From contig OY970223.1 in the NCBI GenBank assembly GCA_963714015.1, forward strand, positions 2,048,001 through 2,112,000: a DNA stretch of 64,000 nucleotides, in the 5' to 3' direction. Positions 57,474 to 64,000 of this stretch are shown here, piece after piece. Below the pieces are notes generated by a model. The model had not been told where the DNA came from, made no database searches, and worked only from the letters and a program-made list of their open reading frames with translations. The position numbers and the translations under genes were made by a program. This DNA comes from Vulcanimicrobiota bacterium (GTDB lineage Bacteria > Vulcanimicrobiota > Vulcanimicrobiia > Vulcanimicrobiales > Vulcanimicrobiaceae). Positions within the stretch are counted from its first letter, which is position 1; every line of letters starts with the position of its first letter.

Positions 57474-58517
57474 CGAAGCGATAGCCTCCCACAAACGCGC
57501 GCCGCCGTTACGGACCGGATCGTCGCAAGGCAAGCCCGTTTCGCGAGCCGCGTCGTCGATGGCGTTCTGTGCCGCCGGTGCATCCAGAGCGGAGGTGTCG
57601 AGAACGATCGCCGCCACACGCGCCGGCTTGACGTGTGCGAGTATATCTTCGTGCGCCTTGACGAGCTCGCGCAGCGGCGGTATGGCATTGCTGAAACCAT
57701 CGATGCGCGCGGTGCCCGGCCGATGGCAAAGGATCAGCGCATCCGGGGCGCTGCCGTAAAGCAAGCCGAACGTCACGGGCGCATACGCCGGATGAAAGAT
57801 CGAGCCTTGGCCTTCGACGAGCAGCACGTCGCTCTGTGGGGACGCCTGCAGCACTAGTTGCTCTGCGGCGCCGGTGACGAAATCCGAAATGACGCGATCG
57901 ACGCAGGTTCCCCAGCCGGCGATGATAATGCCCGTCTGTCCCGTCGCGATGAATTCGGCGCGCGCGCCGGCTTGGAGCGCCGCGCGTTCGATCTCCAGCA
58001 TTGCGGTCATTTTTCCGACGGCGCAATCGCTGCCGACCGCGAGCACCACGCGCTGCGGCACGTCATAGGCGGCGCCGCTGAAAAGCGGAATCTTGCCCAC
58101 CGCGCGCACGTCCCATAAACGCACGCCCCGTTTGCCGGCTCGTTCGACGAACTCGGGATCGTCGTTGAAAAACTGATGCAGGCCGTTGACGATCTCCAAA
58201 CCGGCGTCGATGGCGTCCAGCACGCGCTCGCGCAACTGAGGCGGCAGCACGCCGCCGTGCGTTGCGACACCGATGAGGAGCGAAGTGGGCTCGTGCGCAA
58301 GCGCTTGCGCGACGCCGGCAACGATCGGAGCATCGCACGGAAGGGACGGCACGACGTCGCAGACACGCTTGCCCGCGTACGCGGAGTCGATGACCGCCGC
58401 AATCTCGCCGGCACGAAAACGCATGACGCCGTGCGCCGTCTTCCCGGCCGACGGATCGGCAAGGTAGCCTTCGGTGAGAACCGCGTAACGGCGGTTGCGG
58501 GTGCTCGAATCGGCCAT
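57411..58517 (-). CDS. DUF1611 family protein (DgcN-like)
   Basis: GKTAHG, NGLH, GSDCAVGKMT, ATGQTG, VEGQGS..HPAY. Confidence 0.9.
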   Translation of the reverse strand: MADSSTRNRRYAVLTEGYLADPSAGKTAHGVMRFRAGEIAAVIDSAYAGKRVCDVVPSLPCDAPIVAGVAQALAHEPTSLLIGVATHGGVLPPQLRERVLDAIDAGLEIVNGLHQFFNDDPEFVERAGKRGVRLWDVRAVGKIPLFSGAAYDVPQRVVLAVGSDCAVGKMTAMLEIERAALQAGARAEFIATGQTGIIIAGWGTCVDRVISDFVTGAAEQLVLQASPQSDVLLVEGQGSIFHPAYAPVTFGLLYGSAPDALILCHRPGTARIDGFSNAIPPLRELVKAHEDILAHVKPARVAAIVLDTSALDAPAAQNAIDDAARETGLPCDDPVRNGGARLWEAIASSLARSDGASKLNGSKASSGT

Positions 58518-58610
58518 TGGCAAGCCCTTCGGGAGGCAAAGGGAACAGAATATTGTTACTTTCGCCTTTATTTTGGCGAAAGGCGCTTTCCTCCCCCAAT
58601 CCGCCTCGCG

Positions 58611-59222
58611 TCAGTACATTCGCCCCGTCGTAATCGAAACGATGGACGCCGGCCGGCCGGAGTCGTTGCGGACGCGGTGCCGGTAAGCCGCCGAAAAAAC
58701 GCAGCAATCGCGCTCGTTCATAGGGTAATCGACGCCGTCCACCACCACGACGACTTCTCCCTGGGTCACGTACACCACGTCGATTCCCTCGTGGGAAAGC
58801 TCGTCCTTGAGTTTGCTGTGCGGGGCGAGTTCGACGGTGACGAAGTCCAAATCTATACCCGGAAGATGAAGCGCCTCGTACTTTACGCCGCGGCCGCGGT
58901 TAATCGTGGCCCGGTTCTCCTTGCGAACGAAGTTGGGGCGAGAGAGGCGCGATGTAAAGCCCAAAAACGAGCCCAGATCGTACTCGAAGAATTGGGCAAG
59001 ACGCGCCAGGCGGCCGAGCGAGATGTCGGATTCGCCTCGCTCGACGGCGCGAATAAATGACTCGGAGAGACCGCTCTTTTCCGCAAGCTCCCGAACGCTG
59101 GCGTTACGCTGCTCGCGCAACCGCTGCAGAATTCGCCCGACGTCGGGAACGGAGCCCTCTGCGGCAGGCCGCTGGTCTGCTTCGGAGTCACCGCTCGCGC
59201 GCTTCTTGGCCGCTCGTTTCAT
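58611..59222 (-). CDS. XRE HTH plus cupin regulator
   Basis: SVRELAEKSGLSESFIRAVERG; SHEG...H.VRN. Confidence 0.9.
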   Translation of the reverse strand: MKRAAKKRASGDSEADQRPAAEGSVPDVGRILQRLREQRNASVRELAEKSGLSESFIRAVERGESDISLGRLARLAQFFEYDLGSFLGFTSRLSRPNFVRKENRATINRGRGVKYEALHLPGIDLDFVTVELAPHSKLKDELSHEGIDVVYVTQGEVVVVVDGVDYPMNERDCCVFSAAYRHRVRNDSGRPASIVSITTGRMY

Positions 59223-59244
59223 AGGCGGCCTATTCGCCCCGTGA

Positions 59245-59271
59245 CGAAATTTTGCTGCCGCCGAAATTTCG
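59245..59271. promoter_or_regulatory. Putative operator between the regulator and the TonB receptor
   Basis: CGAAATTT-11 bp-AAATTTCG inverted repeat. Confidence 0.5.
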
Positions 59272-59374
59272 CTCGCAAGCACAATATTTCAGAGGAGTGG
59301 GCTCGGCACGAACGGAAGGCTCGGGCGGTTCTTGGGCCACCAAGGGTTTTATTCATTATAGAGGAGTGAACGCG

Positions 59375-62300
59375 ATGCAGATTCGGCGGGTATCCTCACT
59401 AATTGCAGCGATGGTGTGCGCTCTTGTTTTGCTGACGCCTATGGCGGCGAGCGCCGCGGCGGACACCAGCACGATCTCCGGCACCGTACAAACGAGTGAC
59501 GGGACGCCGCTCGGCGATGCCGCCCTCACACTCGAAGGGCAAGCGCGAATGTCGACGGTCAGCGATTCAAAGGGCGCGTTTCAATTTTCGAACGTGCCGA
59601 CCGGTCTGTACACGCTTGTCGTCACCAAGGCGGGTTACCAGACGTACACTAACGACGACGTTGCGGCGTTCATCGGCGAAAACGCAACCGTGAACGTCGT
59701 TCTGGCGGAATTGTCGTTCTCTTCGCTGCGCACCATCGCCAATATATCGACGAATCAGCCGGGCGTCGCATCGATCAACAAATCGACCGCTTCGGTAACT
59801 TCGATTTCCGGCCAAGTCTTCGCGAACCAAGGGCAAGCGCAGGTCACGAAGGTCCTCAACGAGACTCCGGGCATCATCACCTCTCCCTATAACTCCGAAA
59901 ACGGCAATCCGAGCAACGGCGATTCGCCCGGGTCGCCTCAGACGCCGCAAATTCGCGGCGCGCTGCCCTATGAAACCGAATCACTCATCGACGGTCATCC
60001 CGTTTCGGTCGGATCCTCCGGCTACTATTCGCCGAATCTGCTCAACCCGTGGCTGCTGCAGGGCGTGGAACTCGTGAAAGGTCCCGGCTCGATGCCGGAA
60101 GAGATCAACTACGCGATCAACGGCACGGTGAACTACCGCACGCTGGATCCGACGGCGCAGCGTAGGCAGTCCGTGATGTTCGGCTACGATAATTGGGGCG
60201 GCGTCACGACAGGCTTCAAGGCGACGGGCTTTACGTCGAACCACAAAATCGGGTACGCGGTCGGATATGTAACCGACGGAGCGCCGGGACCGCTCAATAA
60301 CTTCTCGTACAACGCGACGCAGCTTCCGCTCGACAGCGGTCCGGTAGGGGGTCCATATTACATCAACGGCCAGCAGGTTGCGCTGATCGGCTCTCCGGTT
60401 GGTTTAGGCGCCGGCCCGGCGAAGCTTGCTCCGTACGACGGCATGGGTGTAAATTTCGTCGATCCGGTGGTCGGCTGCTGCTTTACGATGGACACCGGCT
60501 ATCACTCGACATCGGAACTTGCGAAGATGCTGTTCAACTTCTCGAACAGCACGTCGCTGACGCTCTCCTACCTGGGCGGCCAGAACATGTACGGGAACGG
60601 AGACGTCAATGCGTACTCCGACTCGCTCGTCGGCAACACGGGCTTGCCGGCCGCATATTTTGCACCCTGCGGCAGCGCGAGCGGTCCGCTCAACTGCAAT
60701 CCCTTCGCCACGGGAACATCCTATAATTGCGCAAGCACCGGGGGCCCCGCGTGCAATTCGGCTGTGCCCTTTGACGTCAGTTCCGTCAACGGTGCCGGCC
60801 ACACGTGGACGCAGCAGAACCTTTTCCAAGGCGAGTTCCGCACGACGCTCGGAAGCACGGGGACGGTGCTTGCGCGCTACTACACCGGCTCGTTGGATGA
60901 GTACGCTCTTTTGGGGTCTTCGGGCTCGCAATTGAACTACGCGTTGAATACGTTCGGCACGATTCCGTTGTGCCCGACGGGCACGACGTTCGATCAAAGC
61001 GCGCCCGTTGCAGCAGGCGGCACGGATACGAACGGATGGCTGTGCGTGCCTCCGGGCGGCGGGTCGGGATCCGGTATCGCGCCGGTGAACACGACGTTCA
61101 CCGGACAGAGAGTCGCATTCTCGACTCCCAACGAGGCAAACACGTTCCTCACGAACGATGCAATGAGCGGTGAAACGCTCGAACTGCAGGAGCTGCTCGG
61201 CCGGAACACGGTGACGCTGGCTTTCGACCGCTCGCAGCAGTCATCGACGGAAACGGCGGATGAGCCGTCCGTCAATATTATCGTCAATAGTCCGTTCAAA
61301 GGATCGCAGCAAACGTTCCAGACGATCTCGCTGCGTGACAATACCGCGCTCAACCGCAAGGTCATGTTGAACCTCGGCGACTACGCCATCAACTATCTGA
61401 GCCACTATTCGCTCGACAAAGGCGCGACTTGGAACGACGCCACACACGTCTACAACGAGCCGCGCGCGGCGGTTACGTGGCTTCCGACCGGCGACACCGC
61501 CTTGCGCTTCTCGACGGGCGGATCGGTTGCGCCGCCGTATATCAGCCTAATCTCCTCCGGCGGTTCGTCATGGAGCGCGATCATCGGCGGTGTCCCCGCG
61601 GCGGGATACCTCGAAAATGCCAATAACGGCAACATCAACGCGGAGACGGCATGGAGCTACGACCTGGGACTGGATCAACGCGTCGAACGCTCGACGGCAG
61701 TCTCACTCGATCTGTACTTCACGCAACTTCACAACCTGTTTTTGAACGAGACAAGCTCGATAATTCCGCCGACGTTTGGTCCCGCTCCCGGAATGTGTCC
61801 GAACTTGCCGTGCGAGGTCTCCGAAACGGCGAACCTGGGCCAAGCTCGTTATGAGGGTGTCGAGTTTGCGCTCGACAACACTCCGGTGTCCGGTCTGGGC
61901 TGGAAACTGCAAGGTTCGGTGCAGCGCGCCTTCACCTACAATCTCCCGCCGTACTTTTATTGCGCCGGCTCGACCGTTGTGACCAAAAGCGGTCCGGTCA
62001 CAGTCCCACCGGGGCCGGGCTGTATCTATAACACAAACCTCGCGGTCCTTCCCGAAGTGAATTTCGGCGGTCAGCCCACGGCACTGGCGGGAGCTCCGAA
62101 CGGCATCGGCAGCGCGCGCGTACCGTATTCGCTTGGATACGGCGAGCTCAACTGGACGGGGCACGGCCAGTATTACAACCTCGGTCTAACGTACTTCGGC
62201 ACGAACAACAGACTTCAACGTGCCGGCGTTCGCCGTGGTCTCGGCCAACGCTCGCTGGAACATCGGCAATCACGGCACCAGTCTGCGGACTCTCGGGCGA

Positions 62301-62487
62301 CAACCTTACGAATGCCTATTCGAATCCGTACGCGGACTTTTTCAGCGGCATACCGCTGCAGCTCGTCAACGGCGCAATGCAGACTAATCCGCTGACCGGC
62401 GCGTTCGAACCGGCCAATGTCGCCGCGACGCCGCAAGGCAACTACGGACCGGCGAGCTTCCGTATCATCCTGGTGCAGGACTTCTAA
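59375..62487 (+). CDS. TonB-dependent receptor with carboxypeptidase-regulatory-like N-domain (indels near 62210-62300)
   Basis: GAGGAG RBS, signal peptide, IRG...IDG plug, VELVKGPG, NGTVN, C-terminal Phe (ILVQDF*). Confidence 0.85.
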
Positions 62488-62491
62488 CGTC

Positions 62492-64000
62492 GTGAAACGT
62501 TTGGCGATCGTCGCTGCGGCGCTCTTCGTGAGCGCCGCGGCGTGTCCGGTCCATGCTGCGCCGGGCACCTTTACCCTTGAATCGGTTCTCGGATATCCAT
62601 ATCCGCTGCATCTCGTTTCAGGGGCGAACGGACGGACGATTGCGTACGTGCTCGACGAACGCGGTGTGCGCAACGTGTTCGTCGCGAGCGCTCCGGATTA
62701 CGCTCCTCGCAACGTTACCAACTTCACGGCGGACGACGGTCAAGAGATTACCAATCTGAGCGTCTCGCACGATGGAAAATACGTCGTGTTCGTGCGCGGC
62801 GGCGATCACGACTCCAACTGGCCGCCGCCGTTTCCGCCCGATCCCTCAGCCGCCACCGTTGCGCCGCAGATGGAGGTATGGTCGGTTGCGCTTCAGCCGG
62901 CGGGAAAAGCGCTGGTCATCGGCAACGGCGACGCGCCGGCCGTCTCGCCGGATAACCGTCGCGTTGCGTTCGTTGCGCCGGATAATTCGGTCTCGTGGGC
63001 GCCTCTGGACGGCTCAGGAAAAGCGGACAAGTTATTCTTCGACGAGGGACAAGACAGCGATCTGGAGTGGTCGCCGGACGGAACGCGGCTGGCGTTCGTC
63101 TCGACGCGCACCGATCACAGTTTTATCGGGATTTACCGCGACGCGCAGACGCCGCTGCGCTTTCTTTCCCCGTCGACATCGCAAGACGTCGAACCGCGCT
63201 GGTCGCCGGACGGAACGCGAATCGCGTTTTTACGTTTGCCCGGAAACGGCGGCCCGCCGACGACCGATTTTGCTTGGATCGTAACGCCGTGGAGCTGTGG
63301 ATCGGCGATGCCGGTACGGGCTCCGCGCGCCGTATCTGGTCGAGCGCGAACACGCTGCGCGCATCCTACCCGGACGAATTCGATCCATCGCTGCGCTGGA
63401 CCGTTCCGGATCGCATTACGTTCCTTACCAGCGCGGACAATTGGCCGCACATCTATTCCATCGCTCCGGACGGCGGCGCGCTCGAGCTGCTGACGCCGGG
63501 GCGCTATATGGTCGAAGACACCGCGGTTTCCGTTGACGGAAACAGCATCGTGTTCAGCGCGAACACCGGGCGCACGGCGGGCGACTTCGATCGCCGGCAC
63601 TTGTTCAGGGCCGGCGTGAAAGGCGGCGGCGTGCGCGAGCTCACCGCAGGAACCTCCAGTGAGTGGGGACCGGCGTCGACCGCGAACGGCATCGCGTTTA
63701 TTCAAGCGGGCAGTAAGGTGCCGCCCCTGATAACGGTTGCGTCCGCAAACGGCGGTGCGCCGCGTGCAATCGATCGCGATCGCTTGCCGGCGGATTTCCC
63801 CGTTTCGCAGCTGGTCGTTCCGCGCAGCGTTACGTTTCGCGCAGCAGATGGAAGTACGACGTACGGACAAATCTTCGAGGGTGCCGGCGCGGGCCGCAAG
63901 CCCGCGCTCGTATACGTCCACGGCGGACCGCCTCGTCAGATGCTTACGACGTGGCATTACATGGACTATTACACCAACGGATACGCGGTGAATCAATACT
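62492..64000 (+). CDS. S9 family peptidase with PD40/TolB-like propeller (indel about 63295; truncated by window end)
   Basis: WSPDG repeats; LVYVHGGPP. Confidence 0.85.

Overview
GC-rich bacterial chromosome segment. A Terrabacteria-type RpoC, a TonB-dependent receptor and many NHL/Vgb propeller lipoproteins suggest Ca. Eremiobacterota; this is inference only. Single-base indels break many genes, including rpoC, so frameshifts are probably long-read errors. (1) 1-19.3 kb holds core and metabolic genes: a selenocysteine formate dehydrogenase with UGA and SECIS, an SDR, hydrolases, a prolyl oligopeptidase, an RsbW-like protein, an NHL/Vgb lipoprotein, and a stand-alone rpoC with its own promoter and terminator and no adjacent rpoB. 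(2) About 19.3-47.1 kb is an accessory/defence island with no recognisable integrase, lying between convergent rpoC and WYL-regulator genes. It contains decayed copies of the 3' regions of both flanking genes, many truncated gene fragments, four TA loci, a HinP1I/MspI-like RM system (5mC MTase, controller-like HTH, Vsr remnant), an IS3 remnant, a TM0106 nuclease-helicase, a UDG-like glycosylase, a PD-(D/E)xK nuclease, an apparently catalytically dead LigD-polymerase/wHTH/REase fusion, and tandem NHL/Vgb lipoproteins. (3) 48.6-64 kb is a peptide/D-amino-acid utilisation locus: three serine hydrolases, an enolase-family epimerase, MlrC, a peptide-binding protein, DUF1611, an XRE-cupin regulator, a TonB receptor and an S9 peptidase. 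Family assignments come from motif recognition by eye, not from database searches.
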